Below are positions 18,571 through 28,181 of a stretch of DNA of 64,000 nt, one piece after another. The DNA is from Bacteroidota bacterium. GTDB taxonomy: Bacteria > Bacteroidota > Ignavibacteria > UBA10030 > UBA8401. The first letter of the stretch is position 1; each line of letters starts with the position of its first letter. The translations under genes and the position numbers were made by a program. Under the pieces are notes generated by a model that made no database searches, had not been told where the DNA came from, and saw only the letters and a list, made by a program, of their open reading frames with translations. The stretch spans positions 140 through 64,139 of the forward strand of contig JABWAK010000003.1 in assembly GCA_013361065.1 (NCBI GenBank), given 5' to 3'.

Positions 18571-19149
18571 ATGGATATCCGTCTGAAGATCTTCGAACTC
18601 CGCAGCTACACGCCGCTGCCGTTCCTTGTGGTGATGGTGGCGTATGCGGAACCGACGGTGACGACGCTCATCGCCGGATTCCTGATCGCGCTGCTCGGCG
18701 AAGGGATCCGCTTCTGGGGCGTGTCGATCTGCGGCAGCGAGACCCGCACCACCGGAGTGGTCGGGGCGACCAATCTCATCACGGACGGTCCGTTCGGCCA
18801 TGTCCGGAACCCGCTCTATGTCGGCAACATCCTGATGTACCTCGGTATCGCGGTGATGTCCAACGCCCTGGTGCCGTATCTGGTCATCGCCGTGTTCGTC
18901 TGGTTCGTGCTGCAGTACCATCTGATCGTGTCGCGCGAGGAAGAGCACCTGCGGACGGCGTTCGGACCGGAGTATGAAACATATCTGAAGAACGTCCCGC
19001 GGTTCCTCCCGCGTCTCACACGGTACCAGGGTGACCATGCGTTCCACCGCGAGCCGGATTTCTCCCGCGGTATCCAGTCCGAGATGCGCACGCTGCAGGG
19101 ATTCGCCGCGGTCGTGCTGCTGGTGGTCATCCGCTATTTCGTCGGCTGA
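18571..19149 (+). CDS. Isoprenylcysteine carboxyl / phospholipid methyltransferase family membrane protein
   Basis: Multiple TM segments, FGHVRNPLYVGNILMYLG and EEEHLRTAFGPEY motifs. Confidence 0.75.
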   Translation: MDIRLKIFELRSYTPLPFLVVMVAYAEPTVTTLIAGFLIALLGEGIRFWGVSICGSETRTTGVVGATNLITDGPFGHVRNPLYVGNILMYLGIAVMSNALVPYLVIAVFVWFVLQYHLIVSREEEHLRTAFGPEYETYLKNVPRFLPRLTRYQGDHAFHREPDFSRGIQSEMRTLQGFAAVVLLVVIRYFVG

Positions 19150-19150
19150 G

Positions 19151-20269
19151 ATGAAACAGCGGATCATGGTGATCGCCGGCGAGGCGTCGGGTGACCTGCA
19201 CGGGGCCGAAGTGGTGCGCGAACTGAAACGCCGCGTTCCGCAGGCGGAGGTGTTCGGTATCGGCGGGGACCGGATGGAGAAGGAAGGGATGAAGCTGGTG
19301 TATCATGTGCGCGAGATGTCATTCATGGGATTCGTGGAGGTGCTGAAACATCTACCGCTCATCCGCTCCGTGGAGAAGACGCTCGAGCAGCTGCTCCAGC
19401 TGAAACGACCCGATGTGGTGCTGCTGATCGATTATCCGGGATTCAATCTCCGGTTCGCCCGGACGGTGAAAAAGTTCGGGATCAAGGTCGTCTATTATAT
19501 CAGTCCGCAGGTCTGGGCCTGGAAGAAGGGCCGTGTGAAGAGGATGAAAGGTCTCATCGACCGGATGCTGGTCGTCTTCCCGTTCGAAGTACCGATCTAT
19601 GAGAAGGAAGGGGTACCGGTGCAGTTCGTCGGTCATCCGATCGTGGAGGAGATGCAGGATGTGATGCCGAGGGCGGGGTTCCTGAAGCGGTTCGGCATCG
19701 ATGCAGCGGCGCCGTTCATCGCGGTGATCCCCGGAAGCCGCACGCAGGAGATCGAGAACCTCTTCTCTGTGATGGTGCGCGCCGCAGCGGTACTCGCCGG
19801 AAGTACGAAACGGATCGTGGTGGCGGTGGCGCCGAACCTTCCGCTCGAATTGTACCACCGGCATCTGCCGCCGGGGATCGATGCGGTCTTCGTGCAGCAT
19901 GCCACACATGAGGTGATGACGTACGCGGAGTTCGCGTTCGTCACCTCCGGCACGGCAACGCTGGAGACCGCGTGCGTCGGCACGCCGATGGTGGTGGTGT
20001 ACCGGACCTCGGCGCTCACGTACCGCATCGCGAAGTTCGTTGTGAAGATCGATCATATCTCCCTGGTGAACATCGTGGCCGGCAGGACGGTGGTGCCGGA
20101 GATGATCCAGGGCGATGCGACCGTAGAGAAACTCGTCGCTGCTGCACGGAACATCATCGACGACCCGGAACGGTATGCGTCCATGAAGAAGGAACTGGCG
20201 GACGTGAAGGAACGGCTGGGCGGTCATGGCGCAGCAGCGCATGTGGCAGAGGCGGTCCTGACAGTATGA
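19151..20269 (+). CDS. lpxB: Lipid-A-disaccharide synthase
   Basis: MKQRIMVIAGEASGDLHGA..., DYPGFNL and ISPQVWAW. The internal ATG at 19151 lies 2 nt after the upstream stop. Confidence 0.92.
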   Translation: MKQRIMVIAGEASGDLHGAEVVRELKRRVPQAEVFGIGGDRMEKEGMKLVYHVREMSFMGFVEVLKHLPLIRSVEKTLEQLLQLKRPDVVLLIDYPGFNLRFARTVKKFGIKVVYYISPQVWAWKKGRVKRMKGLIDRMLVVFPFEVPIYEKEGVPVQFVGHPIVEEMQDVMPRAGFLKRFGIDAAAPFIAVIPGSRTQEIENLFSVMVRAAAVLAGSTKRIVVAVAPNLPLELYHRHLPPGIDAVFVQHATHEVMTYAEFAFVTSGTATLETACVGTPMVVVYRTSALTYRIAKFVVKIDHISLVNIVAGRTVVPEMIQGDATVEKLVAAARNIIDDPERYASMKKELADVKERLGGHGAAAHVAEAVLTV

Positions 20270-20937
20270 AACAGATACTGCTTCCGATCGCCCTCCGTCT
20301 GTTCCTCTGGCGCATTGCGCTCCTCTGGGCAAAATCCCTCAGGATCGTTCATCTGCGCAGCGATGCACTGGATGATATCCTGGACCGGGGAGGGAATTAC
20401 GTCGGGGCGTTCTGGCACGGTTCGATGTTCGTCGGCTGGTTCGTGCATCGTCCCCTTCCCGGACAACGGGTGTCGGCATTGGTCAGTCAAAGCAAGGATG
20501 GTGAATACCTGTCCACGGTGCTGGAACGGTGGGGAATGACGATGGTGCGCGGTTCGAGTCATATCGGCGGGAAAGAAGCGATGCAGCTGATGATCGGTGC
20601 ATTGAAGTCCGGCAGTTCGCTCGCCATCACGCCGGACGGTCCCCGCGGACCGCGGCAGGAGATGAAGATGGGCGCAGTCCGTGCAGCGCAGGTCGCCGGC
20701 GTGCCGCTCATCCTGACCGGCATCGCGATGGAATCGAAGCGGCATCTGCGGAGCTGGGACCGGTTTGAAGTGCCGATGCCGTTCTCACGGGTTGTGGTCG
20801 TCTACAGCGAAGCGATCATGGTCCCGAAGGATCTGACCGGCGAACCGCTGGATGTCTTCAAACGGGAGATGCAGCGGAGGATGCAGGTGCTGACGAAGGA
20901 AGCGGAGCATGTGCTGGAGAGCAGGAGTGCTGCATGA
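20266..20937 (+). CDS. DUF374 domain protein (lysophospholipid acyltransferase-like, lipid A/Kdo associated)
   Basis: ATGA overlap with lpxB. Motifs FWHGSMF, SQSKDGEY and ITPDGPRGP. Confidence 0.75.
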   Translation: MKQILLPIALRLFLWRIALLWAKSLRIVHLRSDALDDILDRGGNYVGAFWHGSMFVGWFVHRPLPGQRVSALVSQSKDGEYLSTVLERWGMTMVRGSSHIGGKEAMQLMIGALKSGSSLAITPDGPRGPRQEMKMGAVRAAQVAGVPLILTGIAMESKRHLRSWDRFEVPMPFSRVVVVYSEAIMVPKDLTGEPLDVFKREMQRRMQVLTKEAEHVLESRSAA

Positions 20938-21971
20938 GACCGCATCGTGCGCTGTTGCCGTTGAGTTGGGTCTATGGTCTGGCTGTCCGGACCAGGAATC
21001 TGTTCTATGACATAGGGCTTCTTGCCTCGACCGATGTCGGTGTACCGGTCATCTCCGTCGGCAACATCACCGCCGGCGGTACGGGCAAGACGCCGGTCGT
21101 CGCTGAAACGGTCCGCATCCTGCGCGATGCAGGGATGCGTCCTGCCGTGATCAGCCGCGGCTACGGACGGACCACCCGCGGAACGGTAGTGGTCTGCGAC
21201 GGGAAGAAGATCCTGGCGGACGCCGCAGAGGCCGGTGATGAACCGCTGCTCCTGGCCGGTCTGACCGGTCATGCGATCGTGATCTGTGATGAACAGCGTG
21301 TGCGCGGTGCACGGACGGCGATCGACCGGTTCCGCGCCGATGTGATCGTGCTGGACGACGGATTCCAGCATCGTGCCATGTACCGGACAACGGATATCGT
21401 GCTGGTGGATGTCCACCAGCCGCCGTATACAACACCATTACTCCCGGCAGGATACCTCCGTGAGCCGGTGAGCGCACTTGAGAGAGCGTCCGCCATGGTC
21501 GCGACGAAAGCACCGGATGCCGCTGCTGCGGATGCCGTGCTTCAGCATCCGTCGCTCAGTATTGTCAGTGAACGTTTCTCGGCTGGATTCGTGCCGACCG
21601 GATTGCGGAATCTCTCCGGCGGTGCACGTCAGTCGCTGGAGATACTGAAGGGACACAGTGCTGTCGCCGTCTGCGGTATCGCAGTGCCGGAGAGTTTCCG
21701 CCGGACGTTGACCGAATGCGGAGTGACGGTCCAGGAACTGATCGAGTTCCCGGACCATCACCGGTTCACCGGAAGCGACATCGATCGTATCCTTGCCTCT
21801 TACCGTTCCTCATCGGCGGACCTGCTGCTGACAACGGAGAAGGATGCGGTTCGGCTGCAGCCGTTCCTCAGCCGCTTTTCGACCGTGCCGGCCTCCGCGG
21901 TGATGATGGAGGTGCGGTTCCACCAGCAGGACGCCTGGAGTGCGTTCATCAGGAAGAGTGCAGGACGATGA
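20934..21971 (+). CDS. lpxK: Tetraacyldisaccharide 4'-kinase
   Basis: ATGA overlap with the upstream gene. P-loop GNITAGGTGKTP, and LDDGFQH. Confidence 0.92.
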   Translation: MRPHRALLPLSWVYGLAVRTRNLFYDIGLLASTDVGVPVISVGNITAGGTGKTPVVAETVRILRDAGMRPAVISRGYGRTTRGTVVVCDGKKILADAAEAGDEPLLLAGLTGHAIVICDEQRVRGARTAIDRFRADVIVLDDGFQHRAMYRTTDIVLVDVHQPPYTTPLLPAGYLREPVSALERASAMVATKAPDAAAADAVLQHPSLSIVSERFSAGFVPTGLRNLSGGARQSLEILKGHSAVAVCGIAVPESFRRTLTECGVTVQELIEFPDHHRFTGSDIDRILASYRSSSADLLLTTEKDAVRLQPFLSRFSTVPASAVMMEVRFHQQDAWSAFIRKSAGR

Positions 21972-22666
21972 AGATCGCCGTGACCGATTGCGGGAATCCG
22001 AAGAAGCAGCCGCTCTATCTCGGCTGGCTGCAGCAGTATCAGCCGGAAGCGGAACTGGTCACGGTGGGTCATTCCGGCAGCGTCACATCGCTGGAGGGAT
22101 TCGACGGACTTGTGCTGACCGGCGGCGAGGATGTCGATCCGCTGCTCTCGAAAGCAGAGCCAGTCGAGAAAGTGGAAGCCATCGACCGGAAGCGGGATGA
22201 TCTGGAGTTCGCGCTCCTCGCATCCTCGCAGCAATTGCGGCTGCCGGTGCTCGGCATCTGCCGGGGACTGCAGGTCGCGAATGTCTTCTTCGGCGGGACG
22301 CTCATTGCGGACCTGCCGACGGCCGGTTATGAAGCACATACGGCGCTCCGCGGTGCCCCGGAACTGCGTCACCGGATCGCCGTCAATGAGGGGACGCTGC
22401 TGCAGACGTGCACCGGCGTTCCGATCGGCGACGTGAACTCGTACCATCATCAGGCGGTGCGCGAGCCGGCTCCGGTGCTTGAGGTCTCGGCATACTCGGA
22501 CGATATGGTGGCGGAGGCGATGGAGTGGAAACAGAACGACGGACGACCGTTCCTGCTGTTGGTGCAATGGCACCCGGAACGGATGACGGACCGGGAGAAC
22601 CCGTTCGCGGCACGGATCGCGGAAGCGTTCTTCACCGCGGTCCGCACGAACGATGTAACGGCATAA
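21968..22666 (+). CDS. Class I glutamine amidotransferase / peptidase C26 (gamma-glutamyl-GABA hydrolase-like)
   Basis: ATGA overlap with lpxK. LGICRGLQ nucleophile elbow, HHQAV and QWHPE. Confidence 0.8.
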   Translation: MKIAVTDCGNPKKQPLYLGWLQQYQPEAELVTVGHSGSVTSLEGFDGLVLTGGEDVDPLLSKAEPVEKVEAIDRKRDDLEFALLASSQQLRLPVLGICRGLQVANVFFGGTLIADLPTAGYEAHTALRGAPELRHRIAVNEGTLLQTCTGVPIGDVNSYHHQAVREPAPVLEVSAYSDDMVAEAMEWKQNDGRPFLLLVQWHPERMTDRENPFAARIAEAFFTAVRTNDVTA

Positions 22667-22748
22667 TACCGCGACCGGCGGCCGCCATGGCGGAACGCGG
22701 CGCGACATGTACAACAAAGGGCTCCATGCCCGAAAGGAACAGTGCACC

Positions 22749-23786
22749 ATGAAACTTTCCGATTACAAATACCCGGTCCCCCGGAACCTGATCGCCAAAC
22801 ACCCGGCGAATCCGCGGGACCACGCACGGCTGATGGTGATCAACCGGAAGGAAGGGACGATCGAGGACCGGCATTTCTACGATGTGGCGGAGTATTTCGA
22901 GAAGGGCGATACGATCGTGGTGAACCAGACCAAGGTCTTCCAGGCACGCCTGATCGGCAAGAAGGAGAAGACCAACGCCAAGATCGAGGTCTTCCTGCTG
23001 CGCCAGCTGAACGTGGAGGACAATATCTGGGATGTGATCGTCGACCCGGCCCGGAAGGTCCGCATCGGCAACAAGATCTACTTCGACAACGGCAACCTCT
23101 GGTGCGAGGTGATCGACAATACCACCTCCCGCGGACGGACGGTCCGGTTCAACTACTCCGGCGATTTCTTCAAAGTGATCGACAAGATCGGTCTGACGCC
23201 GCTGCCGCAGTACATCAAACGCGAGCCGACGCCGAAGGACAAGGAAGCGTACCAGACCATCTTCGCCGAGAAGGTGGGAGCAGTGGCAGCGCCGACCGCC
23301 GGTCTGCACTTCACTAAGGCACTGCAGCGCAAGATGGAGAAACGCGGTGTCAGTTTCGCCCCGGTCACGCTCCACATCGGGCTCGGTACGTTCCGTGCGG
23401 TGGAGGTGGAGGACCTGACGAAGCACAAGATGGATTCGGAGTTCTTCCAGGTGGATGAACCGACGGTGAAGCTCGTCAACAAATCGATCGACGGACGGAA
23501 GAAGGTCTGTGTGGTCGGCACGAGCGCCATGCGGGCGGTGGAATCGAGCGTTACCACGGACGGTCATCTGAAACCGCTGCGCGGGTGGACCGATAAGTTC
23601 ATCTTTCCGCCGTACGATTTCAAGATCGCGGACCGGCTGATCACCAACTTCCATATGCCCGAATCGACGCTGCTGATGCTGGTGGCCGCGTTCGCCGGAC
23701 ATGAACTGACGATGCGCGCCTACAAGCACGCCATCAAGAAGGGTTACCGCTTCTACAGTTACGGTGACGCGATGCTCATCCTGTAA
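22749..23786 (+). CDS. queA: S-adenosylmethionine:tRNA ribosyltransferase-isomerase
   Basis: [29 protein letters not shown] and GTFRAV. The internal ATG at 22749 was chosen. Confidence 0.93.
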   Translation: MKLSDYKYPVPRNLIAKHPANPRDHARLMVINRKEGTIEDRHFYDVAEYFEKGDTIVVNQTKVFQARLIGKKEKTNAKIEVFLLRQLNVEDNIWDVIVDPARKVRIGNKIYFDNGNLWCEVIDNTTSRGRTVRFNYSGDFFKVIDKIGLTPLPQYIKREPTPKDKEAYQTIFAEKVGAVAAPTAGLHFTKALQRKMEKRGVSFAPVTLHIGLGTFRAVEVEDLTKHKMDSEFFQVDEPTVKLVNKSIDGRKKVCVVGTSAMRAVESSVTTDGHLKPLRGWTDKFIFPPYDFKIADRLITNFHMPESTLLMLVAAFAGHELTMRAYKHAIKKGYRFYSYGDAMLIL

Positions 23787-23794
23787 CCACGACC

Positions 23795-25657
23795 ATGGAA
23801 CAATTCCTGACCCCATCGTTCTTCTCGCTCCTGGTCGTGAACCTGGTACTGCTGGCCGGTTTCGCCTATCTGCTCACGCGTAAGGACCTGTTGTCCTACT
23901 TCTCGCAGGGGAAGTGGTGGCTCACCTGGCTCTCGGTGGCCATCATCACGCTGATGGATGAACTGACCTCCATCTTCTATGCCCCGAGCGAGGCGTTCCG
24001 GGTGATCGGCACGAATGCGATCGCCTTCATCATCATCACATCGGTCTTCATCCGTATCATCTCCTCCCGGATGGTGGAGATCGCCGAGATCCTCGAGTTT
24101 CGCGGCATCAAAGGAGGCGGGGTCTATTCCTTCTCCTACCTGGTGCTCGGCCCCTCCGTCTCCTTCGTGGCGGTCGCTTCGATCATCGTCACCTATGTAC
24201 TGACGGCGAGCATCTCTACGGTGAGTGCGGTGGAGAACGGGATGTCGTTCTATCAGATGTCCGATACCGGGAAGTTCCTGCTGCAGGCCGGTATCATCTG
24301 GTTCGTTGCCGGGATGAACATCATCGGCATCAAGGAGAATGCAAAGTTCACCTTCATCATCTTCATCGTGGCGTCCTTCATCCTTGTGAACCTGCTCTCG
24401 GCCGGATTCCTGAATCTGAAGCCGCATAACTGGCAGGTGATCGGGGAGAGCTTCACGAACGTTGCGATCGGGATGGATTACGGCAGTTTCTTCAATACGT
24501 TCTTCTTCATCGTCATCGGTATCTCGAGCTGTATCCTCGCCTATTCCGGCATCGAATCGGTGGTGCAGACCGCCAGTCTCGTGAAATCGTGGAAGGAGGT
24601 CAGCAAAGCCTACTTCTTCCTGGCGGTGACGACCGGTATCTTCACCCCGGTGCTGGCAGCGGTCGTGCTCTCGTCGGATATCAACATCCTGGAACATGAG
24701 ACCGACCTGATCATCCAATTCGCCACGATGGTGGGCGGGATCCCGTTCGGGTACATCGTCGGCATCCTTGCCAGCATCCTGCTGATGATGGCGGTCAATA
24801 CGGCCTACATCGCCTCCAGTGAACTGATGGAGCGGGTGGCGCACCGGTACGGATTCCACTGGATCATCAAGACCAATGCACGGCAATCGCTGTACCGCAT
24901 CCACATCGCCAACGGACTGTTCTACACGATCATCATCTATGTCACCGGCGGCAGCCAGAATATGCTGGCGCAGATGTATGCCTTGGGTCTCATCGCCAGT
25001 TTCTCCATCAATATCGGGTGTCTGCTCATCTATCGGTACTCCATGGGTACCCGCGACAGCCGTGCTTACAACACTTCCCGGACCGGCACCCTGATCATCT
25101 TCGTGATCCTCATCAGCTGCTTCCTCTATCTGGGATACAATAAGCCGTACGGAACCCTCATGTGGTCCAGCGTGACGGCCGTCTTCCTGCTGATCGGACT
25201 CCGCGTGGCCCGCAAGCGCGCGCCGGAGATCAAGGAGATCCAGCAGACCGACCAGCCGCTGAACATGATCTTCCATCTGGTCGAGTCCGAAGCGGAGAAC
25301 CTCCATATCTACTTCCGCCGTCCCAAGGAACACGGTCCGCAGGTGGACGATTCCTCCTCCGCGTTCATCAGTCTCTACCATCCGCGGCAGGGGATCCCCG
25401 AGAAGGTGGCGAAGAACCACTTCCGGTTCGCCAGCCAGAGCCAGTCCATCTATCAGGGGATCACGGAGATCCTGTACGCACTCGATTACGAACTGCCGCA
25501 CAAGAAGATCACCATCCATCTCGGATGGCCGACCTCGTCCTGGATCGACCGCCTCTCCATCGGCGTGATGATCCTGAGCGTCATCCGGCTGCCGAAACTC
25601 TTCCCGCGGTTCAACTTCGTCATCGAATACTTCGGCAAGCAGAAGGAGAAGGCGTAA
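23795..25657 (+). CDS. APC-superfamily permease with a ~170-aa cytoplasmic C-terminal extension
   Basis: About 12 hydrophobic helices over the first ~440 aa, followed by a soluble tail. No specific substrate family recognised. Confidence 0.65.
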   Translation: MEQFLTPSFFSLLVVNLVLLAGFAYLLTRKDLLSYFSQGKWWLTWLSVAIITLMDELTSIFYAPSEAFRVIGTNAIAFIIITSVFIRIISSRMVEIAEILEFRGIKGGGVYSFSYLVLGPSVSFVAVASIIVTYVLTASISTVSAVENGMSFYQMSDTGKFLLQAGIIWFVAGMNIIGIKENAKFTFIIFIVASFILVNLLSAGFLNLKPHNWQVIGESFTNVAIGMDYGSFFNTFFFIVIGISSCILAYSGIESVVQTASLVKSWKEVSKAYFFLAVTTGIFTPVLAAVVLSSDINILEHETDLIIQFATMVGGIPFGYIVGILASILLMMAVNTAYIASSELMERVAHRYGFHWIIKTNARQSLYRIHIANGLFYTIIIYVTGGSQNMLAQMYALGLIASFSINIGCLLIYRYSMGTRDSRAYNTSRTGTLIIFVILISCFLYLGYNKPYGTLMWSSVTAVFLLIGLRVARKRAPEIKEIQQTDQPLNMIFHLVESEAENLHIYFRRPKEHGPQVDDSSSAFISLYHPRQGIPEKVAKNHFRFASQSQSIYQGITEILYALDYELPHKKITIHLGWPTSSWIDRLSIGVMILSVIRLPKLFPRFNFVIEYFGKQKEKA

Positions 25658-25661
25658 GCCT

Positions 25662-26351
25662 GTGTTCACGAGTGTGATCATACCGGCCGCCGGGTTCGGC
25701 GAGCGGATGGGGGCGACCATCGGCAAACAGTTCCTGCTGCTGCAGGACAAGCCGATCCTGGTCCATACGCTGGAACGCTTCCAGCAGAGCGGGGACATCG
25801 ACGAGATCATCGTCGCGACGCAAGCCTCCTCGTTCGGCATCATCGACGGATTCCGGGAGCAGTACGGTCTGACCAAACTCCGCCCTCCGGTGGAAGGGGG
25901 CGCCCGCCGGCAGGATTCCATCGCGCGGGCGTTGGAGCATCTCCATGCCGATGCCGAGATCGTGCTGGTCCACGATGCGGTCCGTCCGTTCGTCCACCTC
26001 CGCGAGATCTCCCAGTCCATCGACACCGCCCGTCACTTCGGCGCTTCCATCGTTGCCGTGCGGGCGAAGGATACCATGAAACTCGCATCCACGGATGGCC
26101 GGGTGGAGCGGACGCTCAACCGTTCATCGCTCTGGAGCGTGCAGACGCCGCAGACCTTCCGCCGGCGGATCATCATGGATGCCTATGCGCATGCCGCGAC
26201 ACATGATATCGCAGCTACCGATGATTCCTTCCTGGCGGAGCAGATCGGCATCCTTCCGATCATCGTGGAGGGGAGTTACGAGAACATCAAGATCACGACA
26301 CCGGACGACCTCTTGCTGGCGGAACTGCTCTCGAAGCGGTTCATCCCGTAG
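25662..26351 (+). CDS. ispD: 2-C-methyl-D-erythritol 4-phosphate cytidylyltransferase
   Basis: GTG start. VIIPAAGFGERMG, VHDAVRPF and the ENIKITTPDDL ending motif. Confidence 0.9.
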   Translation: MFTSVIIPAAGFGERMGATIGKQFLLLQDKPILVHTLERFQQSGDIDEIIVATQASSFGIIDGFREQYGLTKLRPPVEGGARRQDSIARALEHLHADAEIVLVHDAVRPFVHLREISQSIDTARHFGASIVAVRAKDTMKLASTDGRVERTLNRSSLWSVQTPQTFRRRIIMDAYAHAATHDIAATDDSFLAEQIGILPIIVEGSYENIKITTPDDLLLAELLSKRFIP

Positions 26352-26441
26352 TCCGGTCCTGGGATGGTAATTCCTTGCTTCTGAACATGCAAAATCCTTA
26401 TTTTCCCGTAGTCACCTGAATTCGACACAACGGAAGAGACC

Positions 26442-27113
26442 ATGGAAACACTCGCGATCGTCATCATCCTCAGCTACGTCATCGGTTCCATCCCGACGAG
26501 CATCATCGCCACACGGCTGGCGGATGCCGGCGACATACGGAAGTTCGGCAGCGGCAATGCCGGAGGGACGAATGTGCTGCGGATGCTCGGCTGGAAGATC
26601 GGCCTCGCCGTCATCCTCTTCGATCTCTTCAAGGGTGTCTTCGCGACGTACTATGTGCCGCAGTTCTTCTGGGATCCGGCCACACTCCCGTTCAATAACA
26701 ACACTCCGTTCCAGGATTTCACCGTTGTGCAGATCATCTGCGGTATCGCCTCCGTGCTGGGCCATATCTGGACCCTCTTCGCCGGATTCAAAGGCGGTAA
26801 AGGGGTCGCGACCGGTGCCGGGATGGTGCTGGGACTCGCGCCGGTGGAGTTCGCGGTGGCGCTCGGCGTCTTTGCGGCGGTCTTCATGATCTCCCGGTAT
26901 GTCTCCCTCGGTTCCATCCTGGCCGCAATGGCGATCCCCGTGACCCTCTTCATCAGGGAGAACCTCTTCCAGGTCAACATCCCCGGCTATCACACACTCG
27001 TCTATTTTGCTGTTGCTGTTTCCCTGCTCATTACGTACACTCACCGGGAGAACATCAAGCGGCTCATGGCGGGGACGGAGAACAAACTGACCCATTTCAA
27101 GGGCTCCCGCTGA
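26442..27113 (+). CDS. plsY: Glycerol-3-phosphate acyltransferase (acyl-phosphate dependent)
   Basis: SIPTS, GSGNAGGTNV, FKGGKGVATG and HRENIKRL. Confidence 0.92.
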   Translation: METLAIVIILSYVIGSIPTSIIATRLADAGDIRKFGSGNAGGTNVLRMLGWKIGLAVILFDLFKGVFATYYVPQFFWDPATLPFNNNTPFQDFTVVQIICGIASVLGHIWTLFAGFKGGKGVATGAGMVLGLAPVEFAVALGVFAAVFMISRYVSLGSILAAMAIPVTLFIRENLFQVNIPGYHTLVYFAVAVSLLITYTHRENIKRLMAGTENKLTHFKGSR

Positions 27114-27147
27114 ACCGATTCCACTCACCCACGTTGTAGGTCGTCGT

Positions 27148-28146
27148 ATGCGTATTTCAGTCCTGGGGGCCGGTAGCTGGGGAACAACACTCGCCATCGT
27201 CCTGTGCGAGAACTTCCGCGATGTCACACTCTGGAGCTACCGCGCCGATCAGACCGAGGAGATGCGCGAAGCCCGCACCAACAAGGATTACCTGCCCGGC
27301 GTCACCCTGCCGAAACACCTCAAGATCACCCATGATGTGGAAGAAGCGGCGTCCAAGAAGGACATGATCATCACCGCGGTCCCGTCCCAGTTCCTCCGGA
27401 ACATCCTGAAGGACATCGCGCACATCGACTTGACCCGCACCATCATCGTGAACGTTGCGAAAGGGATCGAGAACTCCACCCTCATGACGATGTCCGAAGT
27501 AATGCTGGACATCCTCGAACACGAGAAGAAATCGAACATCGCCATCCTCTCCGGTCCCAGCCATGCGGAAGAGGTGGTGAAGAAGATCCCGACCGCCGTT
27601 GTCTCCTCCTCCTTCAGCGCACGCACCGCGAAGATCGTCGCACAATCGTTCAACACGCCGTACTTCCGGGTCTACGTCTCGGACGATATCCGAGGCGTGG
27701 AACTCGGCGGCGCGCTCAAGAACGTCATCGCCATCGGCGCCGGTGTGGTGGACGGTGCCGGCTTCGGTGACAATACGAAAGCGGCCATCATCACCCGCGG
27801 CATCGCGGAGATGACCCGGCTCGGCGACAAGATGGGCGCATTGCCCCGTACCTTTTCCGGTCTCTCCGGCGTGGGAGACCTGATCGTCACCTGCATGAGT
27901 AAGCACAGCCGTAACCGTCACGTCGGCGAGGAACTCGGCCGCGGCCGCAAGCTCGACGACATCCTCGGCGAGATGGTGATGGTGGCGGAAGGGGTCGCGA
28001 CGTGCAAGTCCGCCGTGGACCTCGCACGCAAGCATCATACCGAGATGGCGATCTTCTCCGAAGTGCACAACATCATGTTCAGCGGTAAGGACCCGCACAA
28101 GGCGACCGAGGACCTGATGACCCGCAGCATCAAAGGGGAACACTGA
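27148..28146 (+). CDS. gpsA: NAD(P)H-dependent glycerol-3-phosphate dehydrogenase
   Basis: VLGAGSWGTTLA Rossmann motif, GPSHAEEV and GALKNVIAIGAG. Confidence 0.95.
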   Translation: MRISVLGAGSWGTTLAIVLCENFRDVTLWSYRADQTEEMREARTNKDYLPGVTLPKHLKITHDVEEAASKKDMIITAVPSQFLRNILKDIAHIDLTRTIIVNVAKGIENSTLMTMSEVMLDILEHEKKSNIAILSGPSHAEEVVKKIPTAVVSSSFSARTAKIVAQSFNTPYFRVYVSDDIRGVELGGALKNVIAIGAGVVDGAGFGDNTKAAIITRGIAEMTRLGDKMGALPRTFSGLSGVGDLIVTCMSKHSRNRHVGEELGRGRKLDDILGEMVMVAEGVATCKSAVDLARKHHTEMAIFSEVHNIMFSGKDPHKATEDLMTRSIKGEH

Positions 28147-28181
28147 TCCGATCCACTCACCGGACACCTGCACGAGGCCGC

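Noticed and set aside
23759-26026. 755-aa minus-strand ORF. Similar ones occur at 22632-23816 and 52436-54790.
   Set aside because: They are antisense to the well-supported queA, permease, ispD and maeB genes and have shadow-ORF composition.
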